Below, piece after piece: positions 22,215-32,115 of a DNA stretch of 64,000 bases. This DNA is from Gammaproteobacteria bacterium. Its GTDB lineage: Bacteria > Pseudomonadota > Gammaproteobacteria > WFUO01. The notes under the pieces are model-generated. The model made no database searches and was not told where the DNA came from. It saw nothing but the letters and a program-made list of their open reading frames with translations. The translations under genes were made by a program, and so were the position numbers. Position 1 is the first letter of the stretch. The number at the start of each line of letters is the position of its first letter. Where the stretch lies: assembly GCA_015484945.1 (NCBI GenBank), contig WFUO01000005.1, positions 14,382-78,381 of the forward strand. The letters are read 5' to 3'.

Positions 22215-23030
22215 TCACCGCTGGCAGCGCGGGCACCAGACGCTCGTGCGCTGGCCGATCTCGCCGCTTTTCAAGGTCGTGCCGCAGGCCGGGCAGGGCT
22301 GTCCGGTGCGTCCATAGACATCGAGCTGCTGACTGAAATAGCCGGGCCGGCCGTTTCCATCGACGAAATCGCGCAGGGTCGTGCCGCCGGCCTCGATGGC
22401 GCTGGCGAGCACATCGCGAATGCAGCGCGCCAGGCGCTCCAGACGCGCGGCCGAGATGCGTCCGGCGGCGCGCGCCGGATGGATGCCGGCGCGGAACAGC
22501 GCCTCGGTGGCGTAAATGTTGCCGACGCCGACCACCACGCGGCTGTCCATGATCAGGCCCTTGATCGCCTGCCGGCGTCCGGCCGCGCGGGCCGCGAGAT
22601 AGGCGCCATCGAAGGCTTCGCCAAGCGGTTCCGGGCCCAGCCCGGCCAGCAGCCGGTGGCGCAACGGGTCGCGCCGGGTCCACAGCACGCAGCCGAACCG
22701 GCGCGGATCGCGCAGGCGCAGCGCGCGGTCATGGTCGAGCACCAGATCGACGTGCTCATGGGGCTGGACGGGGCTGCCGGCAGCGACGATGCGCAGGCTG
22801 CCGGACATGCCCAGGTGGATGATGACACTGCCGATCGGGGTTGAAAGCAGCAGATACTTGCCGCGCCGCCAGATACGCTGGATGATCTGCCCCGGCAGTT
22901 CACGCGACAACGCAGCGGGCACCGGCCAGCGCAGGCGGCGTTCGCGCACCACTACATCCGTTACACGACGCCCCTCGACATGTGGCGCAAGACCGGCGCG
23001 CGTCGTCTCGACCTCGGGCAGTTCAGGCAC
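22215..23030 (-). CDS. mutM: Formamidopyrimidine-DNA glycosylase
   Basis: [12 protein letters not shown]-terminus and C-terminal zinc finger CPACGT...CPRCQ. Its start overlaps the upstream GldG-like gene by 8 nt. Confidence 0.95.
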   Translation of the reverse strand: MPELPEVETTRAGLAPHVEGRRVTDVVVRERRLRWPVPAALSRELPGQIIQRIWRRGKYLLLSTPIGSVIIHLGMSGSLRIVAAGSPVQPHEHVDLVLDHDRALRLRDPRRFGCVLWTRRDPLRHRLLAGLGPEPLGEAFDGAYLAARAAGRRQAIKGLIMDSRVVVGVGNIYATEALFRAGIHPARAAGRISAARLERLARCIRDVLASAIEAGGTTLRDFVDGNGRPGYFSQQLDVYGRTGQPCPACGTTLKSGEIGQRTSVWCPRCQR

Positions 23031-24399
23031 GGCGGCGGTGACGCTGGATCAGGAAACCGGCCAGCAGCAACAGGGCCGGGATCACAAACGGGAACACGAT
23101 GCCGTACAACGTTGCCAGACCATCGTCCAACGCCAGCGAGACGTCGTCGATGGTTACCGGAGTGATGGCCAGTCGGCGGTCGTCGTGCGCCAGCCAGTGG
23201 ATCATGTTGAGCCCAAGTTCTGCATTCCCGCCGTTGACCAGCCAGGCATTGCTGATGAAGTCGCTGTCACCGGTGACCACCACGCGCTGTGAACGTCCAT
23301 CACGCCGGCGTTCCAGGGCTACGGCGATGGCCAGCGGTCCCGGGCGTTCGCTGCTTCCCGGATCGTAGCGCAGCGGTGGTCGGCGCAGATCTCCGGTCTC
23401 GGTCCAGCTGCGGAGGCTGCTTTGCAGCAGGGTCACCGGCTGCCAACGGTGTGCCGGAAACGCGATCAGCGCGCGGCTGAAGGGGAAGATGGTCGCCTGC
23501 TGCAGGTTGCGCGTTAGCGCATGGTCGGCATAACGGTTCACGATCACCAGGGCCGGGTTGCGTGTCGGCGCGCCGGGCGCGGGTGGAGTCAGGATGGTGC
23601 CGGGCAGGAAACGGATGCCGAGGCTGTCGGCCAGTTCACCGGGTGTCGCGCTGCCGGGGTCGCCCAGCCACAACAGGTTGCCGCCGCGCGCCAGCCAGCG
23701 CCGGATGATCCGGGATTCGTCGTTCGACAGCGGCTTGCGCGGGCTTGCGATCACCAGCACGCTGGTATTGTCCGGGATCACCGGCGTGCGGGTGAGATCG
23801 AGTGGTTGCACCCGCAGCCCGCGTTGACGCAGACGCAGTGCGAAGCGCGACAGTCCGTGCACGGCATTGCTGAACGGGCTGCGTTCACCATGTCCTGTGA
23901 GAAAGGCGATCCATTTGTCCGGCCGGGTGCTCAGGCGCATCAACGCATTGCTCATGTGGAGTTCGTCGATGCGCTGCAGTTTCTCGAAGCGGCCGTTGTG
24001 GCTGACCACGATCTCGCCGCGCGGATGGATGTTCAGGCGGCGGGCCAGGGCCGGCTGCTGACGCGGGTCGATGAAACGCAGCGTGATGTCGGGTTTGTAG
24101 CGCCGGTAGCGTTCGACCAGCGCGCTGATCTGGCGATGCCTGGCGCGATAACGGTTGCCGCTGTGGCGATCGCCACGGTCGAGCTGGTCGGCAGGCAGCC
24201 AGGCGGTGACATGCACGGCGCCGCGCAGGCGGGTGAGCAGGTCGCGGCTGGGTTGTGACAGGCTGTTGTGGCGATAGCGGCTGACATCGAACTGCACGGC
24301 GTAGCGTTGTGACAGCCAGCCGAGCAGCAGCACCGTTCCCAGCCACAGCAGGGTGATGGCGGCACGGCGCATGTGTCGCCGCAGGCGTGTGCGCTTCAC
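23023..24399 (-). CDS. GldG-like ABC-transporter auxiliary protein
   Basis: Has N- and C-terminal TM anchors and a large periplasmic domain. Directly follows an ABC-2 permease and ATPase with 4-nt and 7-nt overlaps. Confidence 0.7.
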   Translation of the reverse strand: MKRTRLRRHMRRAAITLLWLGTVLLLGWLSQRYAVQFDVSRYRHNSLSQPSRDLLTRLRGAVHVTAWLPADQLDRGDRHSGNRYRARHRQISALVERYRRYKPDITLRFIDPRQQPALARRLNIHPRGEIVVSHNGRFEKLQRIDELHMSNALMRLSTRPDKWIAFLTGHGERSPFSNAVHGLSRFALRLRQRGLRVQPLDLTRTPVIPDNTSVLVIASPRKPLSNDESRIIRRWLARGGNLLWLGDPGSATPGELADSLGIRFLPGTILTPPAPGAPTRNPALVIVNRYADHALTRNLQQATIFPFSRALIAFPAHRWQPVTLLQSSLRSWTETGDLRRPPLRYDPGSSERPGPLAIAVALERRRDGRSQRVVVTGDSDFISNAWLVNGGNAELGLNMIHWLAHDDRRLAITPVTIDDVSLALDDGLATLYGIVFPFVIPALLLLAGFLIQRHRRRA

Positions 24400-25148
24400 G
24401 AGATGCCCCCCTCGCGCAACCGTTCCACACGCAGCGCAGTGAGTCCGATGAACAGGGCCGTGACGAGTACGAACCAGGCCACGTCACGGCTGTCGATCAG
24501 GCCGCGCAACAGCGATTCGAGATGTCCCAGGCTGGACAGCTGGCGCAGCGCTTCATCGAGCCAGCCGATGCCGGTGCCGGCCAGCAGCGCCAGCAGCCAC
24601 GACAGCATCAGCACCGCGATGCCGGCGAACGCGGCCACGGCCTGCTGGCGTGTGAGCGACGACAGATACAGGCCGATGGCCGTGAAACTGGCCAGCAGCA
24701 GCCACACGCCCAGCGCAGCGGACAGTACCAGGCCGGTGTCCAGCCGGCCAGCCAGAGCCAGTGACAGGGGCATGAGCGACAGCATCAGGCACAGCAGTGT
24801 GACCCAGCCCATCAGGCCGAGAAACTTGCCGAGCGCGATCTGCACGCCGCTGGCAGGCGCGCCGAGCAGCAACTGAATGGCGCCGCTACGCCATTCACCG
24901 CTGAAGCTGCGCATGGTCAGCAACGGGATCACCAGCATTGCCGCATACGCACTGCTGCCGAGCGAGCGCGAGCCGATGTTGAACGAGAAGCCGGCATCGA
25001 AACCACTCGCCACCGGGCTCAGCTGCCAGTTCTGTACCAGCCGGTAGAATACCCAGGCCTGCACGAACTGCACCACGGCCAGCAGCACCCAGCCGACCGG
25101 GGTGCGGAACAGGCGCAACAGTTCGGCGCGCGCGATAGTGATCAGCAT
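24396..25148 (-). CDS. ABC-2 type transporter permease
   Basis: 250 aa with 6 TM helices, in an operon with the ATPase and the GldG-like protein. Confidence 0.75.
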   Translation of the reverse strand: MLITIARAELLRLFRTPVGWVLLAVVQFVQAWVFYRLVQNWQLSPVASGFDAGFSFNIGSRSLGSSAYAAMLVIPLLTMRSFSGEWRSGAIQLLLGAPASGVQIALGKFLGLMGWVTLLCLMLSLMPLSLALAGRLDTGLVLSAALGVWLLLASFTAIGLYLSSLTRQQAVAAFAGIAVLMLSWLLALLAGTGIGWLDEALRQLSSLGHLESLLRGLIDSRDVAWFVLVTALFIGLTALRVERLREGGIS

Positions 25149-26083
25149 GGGTGCGGCTCCGGTCCGGTATCCCGTTGCGAGAGCTGGCGCACGAAAACCT
25201 GTTCGAGACCGGAACGCGCGGGCAGCAGCTCGGTCAACGGCCAGCCATTCGCGGCGCTGGCCCGGATCAGGGCCGTCAGCATGTCCGCTTGCGCCGCTTC
25301 AGGGCAGGCCAGGTGCGCGCGCCGTTCATCGACTGCTTCCACGCCGGTCACGCCGGGCAGGCTGGCCAGATCCTGCAGTGGCGGCGGGCCGGCAAAGCCG
25401 GCCGTATAGCCTTCCCCGGCCCCGATTTTCTGGTGGTGGACGATGCGGCCGTCATGCATGATGAGCGCCTCGTCGCAGGCCGCCTCGATGTCGGCGAGGA
25501 TATGGCTCGACAACAGCACCGCATGATCGCTGCCCAGTTCGCGAATCAGCTCGCGCAGGGCGATGTTCTGCAAAGGATCCAGCCCGGACGAGGGTTCATC
25601 GAGCAGGATCACGGCCGGGTCGTGGATGATGGCCTGGGCGATGCCCGTGCGCTGGCGATAACCTTTCGACAAGCGGCCGATCAGGCGGCGCCGCACATCG
25701 CCCAGCCGGCATCGTTCGATCGCACGCGCCACGGCCTGGCGCAGGGCCGCGCCGCGCAAGCCCTGCAGGCGCGCGGCGTGGTCGAGTGCTTCCGCAACGC
25801 GCAGATCGGGGTATAGCGGCGGCACCTCGGGCAAGTAGCCGATGTGGCGGCGGATACGGCGCGTATGGCGCGCGGCGTCGAGCCCGGCGATGTGCACGCT
25901 GCCTTCGTCCGCAAGCAGATTGCCCGAAAGCAGCCTCAGGGTGGTCGATTTTCCGGCGCCGTTGCTGCCCAGCAGGCCGGTGACACGCCCACGCCGCAGC
26001 TGCAGATCCAGCCCGCACACTGCAGCCTGGCCGCCATACGAATAGCTGGCCTGCTTGACATCAATCAATATATCATCGGGCAT
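25142..26083 (-). CDS. ABC transporter ATP-binding protein
   Basis: Walker A GSNGAGKST, signature LSKGYRQR and Walker B ILLDEPSSGLD. Start trimmed to MPDDILIDVKQ (ATG 26083); the track ORF extends spuriously to 26560. Confidence 0.9.
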   Translation of the reverse strand: MPDDILIDVKQASYSYGGQAAVCGLDLQLRRGRVTGLLGSNGAGKSTTLRLLSGNLLADEGSVHIAGLDAARHTRRIRRHIGYLPEVPPLYPDLRVAEALDHAARLQGLRGAALRQAVARAIERCRLGDVRRRLIGRLSKGYRQRTGIAQAIIHDPAVILLDEPSSGLDPLQNIALRELIRELGSDHAVLLSSHILADIEAACDEALIMHDGRIVHHQKIGAGEGYTAGFAGPPPLQDLASLPGVTGVEAVDERRAHLACPEAAQADMLTALIRASAANGWPLTELLPARSGLEQVFVRQLSQRDTGPEPHPC

Positions 26084-26137
26084 GCCAACTATTATTGATA
26101 ATAAGACGTTCGATTGAAAGGTGTATGTTGCCGATCC

Positions 26138-27205
26138 ATGCCTGAACTTCCGACCTATTGTCGGCATTACGGTTTCGATGAAGAAGGAATCAGCCGACGC
26201 CTGCGCCTGTTGCAACTGGAGGAAGACGATCTTCCCTGTTACGACAGATACCGCGAGATCATCGCTCCGGCTGTCGAGGACGTGGCGACGGACTTCTATG
26301 CCCACATGATGCGCGACGAGCAATTCAGGGCCATTCTGGATCAGGGTGGTTACAATATCGACAATCTCAGGCAGACCCAGAAAGACTACATACTCACGCT
26401 GGGCATGGATTTTGATACCCCGGCCTATTTCGAATCGCGCCTGCGCATCGGCCTCGTGCACGCACGGGTCGGCGTGCCGCTGATTCTCTACCAGTGCGCC
26501 TATCGTTTGTTGATGCAGCTGATCATCGAGCGTATCGATGCGGCCATCGACGATGCGCACTGGCGCCGGATCCTGCGCCGCTGGGTGTTGAAGGTGACGA
26601 TGCTGGACATGTCGCTGGCCAGTGAGACCTACCTCCAGTCACGGCTCGAAAGCCTGGAACATTCACTCGACGACATGCGCCGTATCAGCCGCCGCCTGCG
26701 CCGCCGCGTCGAAACCGACGCCCTGACCCGTGCCGCCACCCGGCAGACGCTGCTGCGCCATATCCGTCAGCTGCTGCAACGGCCGGAAGAACGGCCCTTC
26801 TGTGTGGCGATGATGGATCTGGATCATTTCAAGGCCGTCAACGATACCCATGGTCACCCGGTGGGCGACCGGGTGCTGGTCGATGTCGTGCGCCGCATCC
26901 GTTCGGCCATGCGCGACAGTGATTTGCTTGGCCGGTATGGCGGCGAGGAATTCATTTTGCTGTTGCGCAACACCCGGCTGGAAACGGCGCAGCGTATTGC
27001 GGAACGCATCCGCGAGCATGTGGCCGCGTCACCGGTCAGGGTCGGCGGCCGGGACATCGGCATGAGCGTCAGCATCGGTCTGGTGCAGGCGCGCAAGGAT
27101 GACAGTGTCGAATCATTGGTCGATCGTGCCGATGCCTGCCTTTACGAGGCCAAGCGGCAGGGCCGCAATCGCGTGGTGATCGAAGACGATGTGGCTGGGA
27201 ATTGA
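26138..27205 (+). CDS. Globin-coupled sensor diguanylate cyclase (protoglobin domain + GGDEF)
   Basis: The N-terminal sensor-globin pattern includes the proximal-His context RIGLVHARVGVP (compare HemAT IHVRIGL). The C-terminal part reads DLDHFKAVNDTHGHPVGD...RDSDLLGRYGGEEF, giving GGEEF plus an RxxD I-site. Confidence 0.8.
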   Translation: MPELPTYCRHYGFDEEGISRRLRLLQLEEDDLPCYDRYREIIAPAVEDVATDFYAHMMRDEQFRAILDQGGYNIDNLRQTQKDYILTLGMDFDTPAYFESRLRIGLVHARVGVPLILYQCAYRLLMQLIIERIDAAIDDAHWRRILRRWVLKVTMLDMSLASETYLQSRLESLEHSLDDMRRISRRLRRRVETDALTRAATRQTLLRHIRQLLQRPEERPFCVAMMDLDHFKAVNDTHGHPVGDRVLVDVVRRIRSAMRDSDLLGRYGGEEFILLLRNTRLETAQRIAERIREHVAASPVRVGGRDIGMSVSIGLVQARKDDSVESLVDRADACLYEAKRQGRNRVVIEDDVAGN

Positions 27206-29156
27206 TACCGGCGGCACCTTCACCGACTTTTTTCTCGTCGATGGTGAAACGGTGCGGGTCCACAAGGTTCTGTCCACGCCCGAGGCGCCGGAACGCGCGA
27301 TCGTTCAGGGAATCGGCGAGCTCGGCCTGCCGTTGGCAGGATTGCAGATCGTGCACGGCTCGACCGTGGCCACCAACGCGGTGCTCGAGGGCAAGGGAGT
27401 GCGTACGGTGTATGTCACCAACCGCGGTTTGGCCGATGTGCTCACCATCGGGCGCCAGGCAAGACGCGAACTCTATGAATTGCAGCCTGAACCCCGCACA
27501 CCGCCGGTGCCGGCGTCACTGTGCCTGGAGGTCGATGCGCGGCTCGCCGCCGATGGCGAGGAGGTGCGTCCGCTTCTCGAAGCAGACATCGAGGCGCTGG
27601 TGCGCCGGATCCGCGAGCTTGCGCCGCGCGCGGTGGCCATCAATCTGCTGTTTTCATTTCTCGACGATGCTCATGAACGCAGGATCGCCGCGGCCCTGCC
27701 CGACAGTTTGTTCGTCTCGCGTTCGTCGGCGGTTTTGCCTGAATACCGCGAATACGAGCGCGGCATCACCACCTGGCTGAATGCCTCGGTCGGACCGCTG
27801 GTGCAGGGGTATCTGGACCGCCTGGAGGATGCCGTGTCACCAGCCGGGCTGACGGTGATGCAGAGCGACGGCGGCACGCTGGCGGCCCGCCGGGCCGGGC
27901 GTCATGCCGTCCATATGCTGTTGTCCGGCCCCGCTGGCGGGCTCACCGGCGCGCGCCATGTCGCCGGCCTGTCGGGCCACACACGATTGATGACCTTCGA
28001 CATGGGCGGGACCTCATCGGACGTGGCGCTGATCGACGGAGACATCGAACTGACCAGTGAAGGACGAATAGCCGGCTATCCGGTTGGTGTGCCGATGGTG
28101 GACATGCACACCATCGGTGCCGGTGGTGGCTCCATCGCCAGCATCGACGCCGGTGGCCTGCTGCAGGTCGGGCCCGAGTCGGCCGGCGCCGATCCGGGGC
28201 CGGCGTGTTATGGCCGGGGTGGAACGCGGCCAACCGTGACCGATGCCAATCTGATACTCGGCCGGCTGCAGCCCGATGCGTTCCTGGGCGGGCGCATGCG
28301 GCTCGATGCCGAAGCAGCGCGGCAGGCGGTTGCCACGCTCGGCCGGCAACTGGGCAAGGATCCGCTGGACACCGCGCGCGGCATTGTGCGTGTGGCCAAT
28401 GAACACATGGTGCAGGCACTGCGCGTGATCTCGATCCAGCGCGGGCATGACCCGCGTGATTTCACCCTGGTGCCGTTTGGCGGCGCCGGTGGCCTGCATG
28501 CCTGCGAACTGGCAGAGGCGCTGGGCATGCGTACCATCATCGTACCGGTGCATGGTGGCGTGCTCTCGGCGCTGGGCATGCTTGCCGCGCGCCGCACCCG
28601 GCGGCTCTCGCATGCGCTGATCGGCCCCCTGGCGGAAACCGGCGTGGAGGAGATCATGGGCACCCTGGAACACCTGCGCGAGCAGGGTATCGCCGAGCTG
28701 GTGGCCGAAGGCATCGATGCCGACACGATCGAAGTCACTCCCGCGGTGGATCTGCGCTATCAGGGCCAGTCCAGTACACTCACGGTGCCATGGTGTGACG
28801 CGCCGCAGGCCGAGAGCGATTTTCACGCACGCCACCGCCAGCGCTACGGCCATGCGCTGGATGCGCCGGTCGAGCTGGTCAACGTGCGCCTGCTGCTGGC
28901 CGGACCGCCGCCCCGGTTGTCGCTGCGGCCGCGGCCATCCATGCGCGCGCAGGCGCCGCGCGTTGTCCGGTTGCCCGGTGTCGAAGCGCCGGTTCCGATG
29001 TACCGGCGTGAATGCCTGGCCGTGGGCCAGGCCATCGAAGGGCCGGCGCTGGTGACCGAAACGGTCGCTACGACCTGGATCGCTCAAGGCTGGCGTGCGA
29101 TGACCGATAAAACGGGCAACCTGGTCATGACCTGGATCAATGCATCCAGGGCTTGA
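27189..29156 (+). CDS. Hydantoinase/oxoprolinase family protein, A-type subunit (HyuA-like)
   Basis: MWLGIDTGGTFTDF and TFDMGGTSSDVALI are hallmark motifs; 655 aa. The ATG lies 17 nt inside the end of the preceding cyclase gene. Confidence 0.85.
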   Translation: MWLGIDTGGTFTDFFLVDGETVRVHKVLSTPEAPERAIVQGIGELGLPLAGLQIVHGSTVATNAVLEGKGVRTVYVTNRGLADVLTIGRQARRELYELQPEPRTPPVPASLCLEVDARLAADGEEVRPLLEADIEALVRRIRELAPRAVAINLLFSFLDDAHERRIAAALPDSLFVSRSSAVLPEYREYERGITTWLNASVGPLVQGYLDRLEDAVSPAGLTVMQSDGGTLAARRAGRHAVHMLLSGPAGGLTGARHVAGLSGHTRLMTFDMGGTSSDVALIDGDIELTSEGRIAGYPVGVPMVDMHTIGAGGGSIASIDAGGLLQVGPESAGADPGPACYGRGGTRPTVTDANLILGRLQPDAFLGGRMRLDAEAARQAVATLGRQLGKDPLDTARGIVRVANEHMVQALRVISIQRGHDPRDFTLVPFGGAGGLHACELAEALGMRTIIVPVHGGVLSALGMLAARRTRRLSHALIGPLAETGVEEIMGTLEHLREQGIAELVAEGIDADTIEVTPAVDLRYQGQSSTLTVPWCDAPQAESDFHARHRQRYGHALDAPVELVNVRLLLAGPPPRLSLRPRPSMRAQAPRVVRLPGVEAPVPMYRRECLAVGQAIEGPALVTETVATTWIAQGWRAMTDKTGNLVMTWINASRA

Positions 29157-29342
29157 AAACACTATACTTCGTTGGCATATAAGCAGCCACTTCTGTCGAG
29201 AAAACTATAACCTTCTGAATATTCAATAAAATGTTACTGAAATTAGCACTGTGCGGTTGCCGCATTCGTGTTATAGTGGCATTACTGCGGTCGCATTGCC
29301 TGACACCACTGCGGCCTGAACAACCCAAGAGAGTACCACCCT

Positions 29343-30545
29343 ATGAATACCATTCTGAATTTCCTGTCTGACGGCCTGTTGCAATTGAATGGCTGGCAGA
29401 TCGCCGCGATCACCCTGGTTCTGGTGCAGGTGACCATCGCCGGCGTCACGTTGTACCTGCACCGTTGCCAGGCGCATCGCGCCGTTGACCTGCATCCGAT
29501 CGTCAGTCATTTCTTCCGTTTCTGGCTGTGGCTGACCACCGGCATGTCCACCAAGGCCTGGGTCGCGATCCATCGCAAGCACCATGTGCACTGCGAAACC
29601 GAAAACGACCCGCACAGCCCGGTCGTGCATGGCATCCGCAAGCTGCTGCTGGACGGCACTGACCTGTACCGCAAGGAATCGCGCGTGCAGGAGACCCTGG
29701 ACAAGTACGGCAAGGGCACGCCCAACGACTGGCTGGAGCGCAACCTGTACATGCGCTTCCCGCGTGGCGGCATCTTCCTGATGCTGTTCCTGGACCTGGC
29801 CATGTTTGGCGTCGTGGGCATGACCGTATGGGCCATCCAGATGATGTGGATCCCGTTCTGGGCCGCCGGTGTCATCAACGGCGCCGCCCACTGGTGGGGC
29901 TACCGTAACTTCAAGACCCCGGATACCGCTACCAACCTGTGGCCGATCGCGTTCTGGATCGGTGGCGAGGAGCTGCACAACAACCATCACGCCTTTCCGG
30001 GTTCTGCCAAGTTCTCGTATCACAAGTGGGAGTTCGACATCGGCTGGCTGTATCTGAACATCCTGTCGCTGCTGGGGCTGGCGAAGATTCGCAAGGTCGC
30101 GCCGCGGCCGGTCATCGATCCGAGCAAGCAGTCGCTCGATGCCGAGAGCATCAAGGCCTTGCTGACCAACCGCCTGGCGGTCATGGCAGACTACATGCAC
30201 AAGGTCACGCGCCCGGTCATGAAGCGCAAGTCCTGTCTTGGCGACGATTGTCGTCATTTGGTGCGCCGCGCCATGAACCTGCTCAAGCAGGACCCGAAGC
30301 TGCTCGATCCGAACAGCAACGAGACCTTCGAGAAGGTCATCAACAGCGACGAGGAGCTGCGCACCGTTTACCGCTTCCAGCAAAGCCTGGCCGCGCTGTG
30401 GGAAAAGCTGCACGACAACCACGAGGCGGCCCTGGCCGCGGTTAGTGACTGGGTTCGCCAGGCCGAACAGACCGGCATCAAGGCGCTGCAGGAATTTGCC
30501 CGCAGCCTGCCGCACTACCGGCTGGGGAAATCCTCCATGGCCTGA
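29343..30545 (+). CDS. Membrane fatty-acid (acyl-lipid/acyl-CoA) desaturase, DesA-like
   Basis: Three His boxes are present: HRCQAH, HRKHH and HNNHHAF. N-terminal TM helices; ~400 aa. Confidence 0.85.
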   Translation: MNTILNFLSDGLLQLNGWQIAAITLVLVQVTIAGVTLYLHRCQAHRAVDLHPIVSHFFRFWLWLTTGMSTKAWVAIHRKHHVHCETENDPHSPVVHGIRKLLLDGTDLYRKESRVQETLDKYGKGTPNDWLERNLYMRFPRGGIFLMLFLDLAMFGVVGMTVWAIQMMWIPFWAAGVINGAAHWWGYRNFKTPDTATNLWPIAFWIGGEELHNNHHAFPGSAKFSYHKWEFDIGWLYLNILSLLGLAKIRKVAPRPVIDPSKQSLDAESIKALLTNRLAVMADYMHKVTRPVMKRKSCLGDDCRHLVRRAMNLLKQDPKLLDPNSNETFEKVINSDEELRTVYRFQQSLAALWEKLHDNHEAALAAVSDWVRQAEQTGIKALQEFARSLPHYRLGKSSMA

Positions 30546-30566
30546 CGTCAATTGCGTCAGCCAGCC

Positions 30567-30596
30567 AAAAAAGCCCGCACGAGCGGGCTTTTTTGT
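30567..30596. terminator. Bidirectional rho-independent terminator
   Basis: AAAAAAGCCCGC-acga-GCGGGCTTTTTT is a perfect stem flanked by an A-run and a T-run. Lies 22 nt after the desaturase stop. Confidence 0.8.
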
Positions 30597-30804
30597 TGCC
30601 ATGCTGGCGTTATTGCCAATGTGTTTGCTGGTTGTGCGGTCACAGGGCGTACGGAAATCTCGCTGGAGTCGCGGCGTTGTGTGGCGAGGGGCTGATGACA
30701 ATTCGTATTCATTCCCGTTTGTTGCCAGCGCCATTTTTTCAGGCCGTGGCGCAGTGTTCCCGCGCGCCGAGTTGAATTTGTCACTCCGCGTCTTGAGGCA
30801 CAAA

Positions 30805-30826
30805 AAACCCGCCAGCCGGCGGGTTT
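30805..30826 (-). terminator. Rho-independent terminator of rpmB-rpmG
   Basis: On the minus strand, AAACCCGCC-ggct-GGCGGGTTTTTTG, 24 nt after the rpmG stop. Confidence 0.8.
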
Positions 30827-30849
30827 CCAGGAGCAGGAAGCGGGATCGC

Positions 30850-31005
30850 CTACTTGATCTTGGCTTCCTTGTAGATGACGTGCTTGCGCACCACCGGATC
30901 GTACTTTTTGATTTCCATCTTTTCAGGCATCGTACGCTTGTTCTTGTCGGTGGTGTAGAAGTGGCCGGTACCGGCACTGGAAACGAGTCTGATCTTTTCG
31001 CGCAT
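30850..31005 (-). CDS. rpmG: 50S ribosomal protein L33
   Basis: Not in the ORF track (51 aa). My translation is [60 protein letters not shown] present. Confidence 0.93.
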   Translation of the reverse strand: MREKIRLVSSAGTGHFYTTDKNKRTMPEKMEIKKYDPVVRKHVIYKEAKIK

Positions 31006-31015
31006 GACAGCCTCC

Positions 31016-31252
31016 TCAGACCTTTTCGCCGCGGGCGCGCATGTCGGCCAGAACGCTGTCGATGCCGTTCTTGTCGATGATACGCATGCCCTTGGATGAA
31101 ACCCGCAGGCGAACCCAGCGGTTCTCGCTTTCCACCCAGAAGCGGTGGGTGTGCAGATTGGGCAGGAAACGACGACGCGTCTTGTTGTGCGCGTGCGAGA
31201 CGTTGTTTCCGCTCATCGGGCGCTTGCCCGTTACCTGGCATACTTTGGACAT
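31016..31252 (-). CDS. rpmB: 50S ribosomal protein L28
   Basis: [33 protein letters not shown]...; 78 aa. The track ORF has a spurious N-terminal extension. Confidence 0.95.
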   Translation of the reverse strand: MSKVCQVTGKRPMSGNNVSHAHNKTRRRFLPNLHTHRFWVESENRWVRLRVSSKGMRIIDKNGIDSVLADMRARGEKV

Positions 31253-31342
31253 GTGCTTGCTCCGGTTCTCGATCGTTCTGCACCCACACGGGGCAGCAAG
31301 ACCGGGGATTCTACTGGCCCCGCGGCCAACTTGCAAGCCTGG

Positions 31343-32017
31343 TCACAAAAGACCGCGCTCCGCCAGCGATACGGTTTCACCGTCGCCGATCACGATGTGA
31401 TCGAGCACGCGGATGTCCACCAGCCCCAGCGCCTCGCGCAACCGGCGGGTGATGGCCAGGTCGGCCTGGCTCGGTTCGGCCACGCCCGACGGGTGGTTAT
31501 GGGCCAGGATCACGGCCGCGGCATTGCAGTCCAGCGCCCGACGGACCACCTCGCGCGGGTACACGCTGGCGCCGTCGATGGTGCCGTTGAACAGGGGCTC
31601 GAAGCGGATCACCCGGTGGCGGGTGTCAAGGAACAGGCAGGCGAACACCTCGTGACGCAGGTCGCGCAGCTGTGCGCTCAGGTAGCGGCGGGTATCATCC
31701 GGGCTGCACAGCGCGTCATCGCGCTGCAGGCGCTCGGCCAGGTGGCGGCGGGCCATCTCGAGCACCGCCTGTAGCTGGGCGTACTTGGCACGGCCAAGTC
31801 CCGCATGGCTGCAGAAGGACCGTTCGTCGGCCTCCAGCAACCCGCGCAGGCCGCCGTGCGAATCGATCAGCCGGCGCGCCAGATCCACGGCGGTCAGACC
31901 GGGGATGCCGGTGCGCAGAAAGATGGCCAGCAGTTCAGCATCGGAAAGGGCGGCGGGGCCGCGTTGCAGAAGTTTTTCGCGTGGTCGCTCGGCTTCCGGC
32001 CAGTCACGTATGGGCAT
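31343..32017 (-). CDS. radC: RadC-family JAB-domain protein
   Basis: [26 protein letters not shown]...HNHPSG (JAMM motif). Divergent from coaBC, as in many gammaproteobacteria. Confidence 0.9.
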   Translation of the reverse strand: MPIRDWPEAERPREKLLQRGPAALSDAELLAIFLRTGIPGLTAVDLARRLIDSHGGLRGLLEADERSFCSHAGLGRAKYAQLQAVLEMARRHLAERLQRDDALCSPDDTRRYLSAQLRDLRHEVFACLFLDTRHRVIRFEPLFNGTIDGASVYPREVVRRALDCNAAAVILAHNHPSGVAEPSQADLAITRRLREALGLVDIRVLDHIVIGDGETVSLAERGLL

Positions 32018-32115
32018 GTCCCTGTCCCCTGTGATTCTCTTTGCGGCAAAGATACAGCAGCCGCGGCCGGCCGCACAAGCCGGGTGTGGCGCTTGTATGT
32101 TAGACTCCCGGGTAC

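Noticed and set aside
29271-31289. 672-aa minus-strand ORF
   Set aside because: It runs antisense through the desaturase gene, across two terminator hairpins, and out of frame through rpmG and rpmB. It cannot be a real gene.
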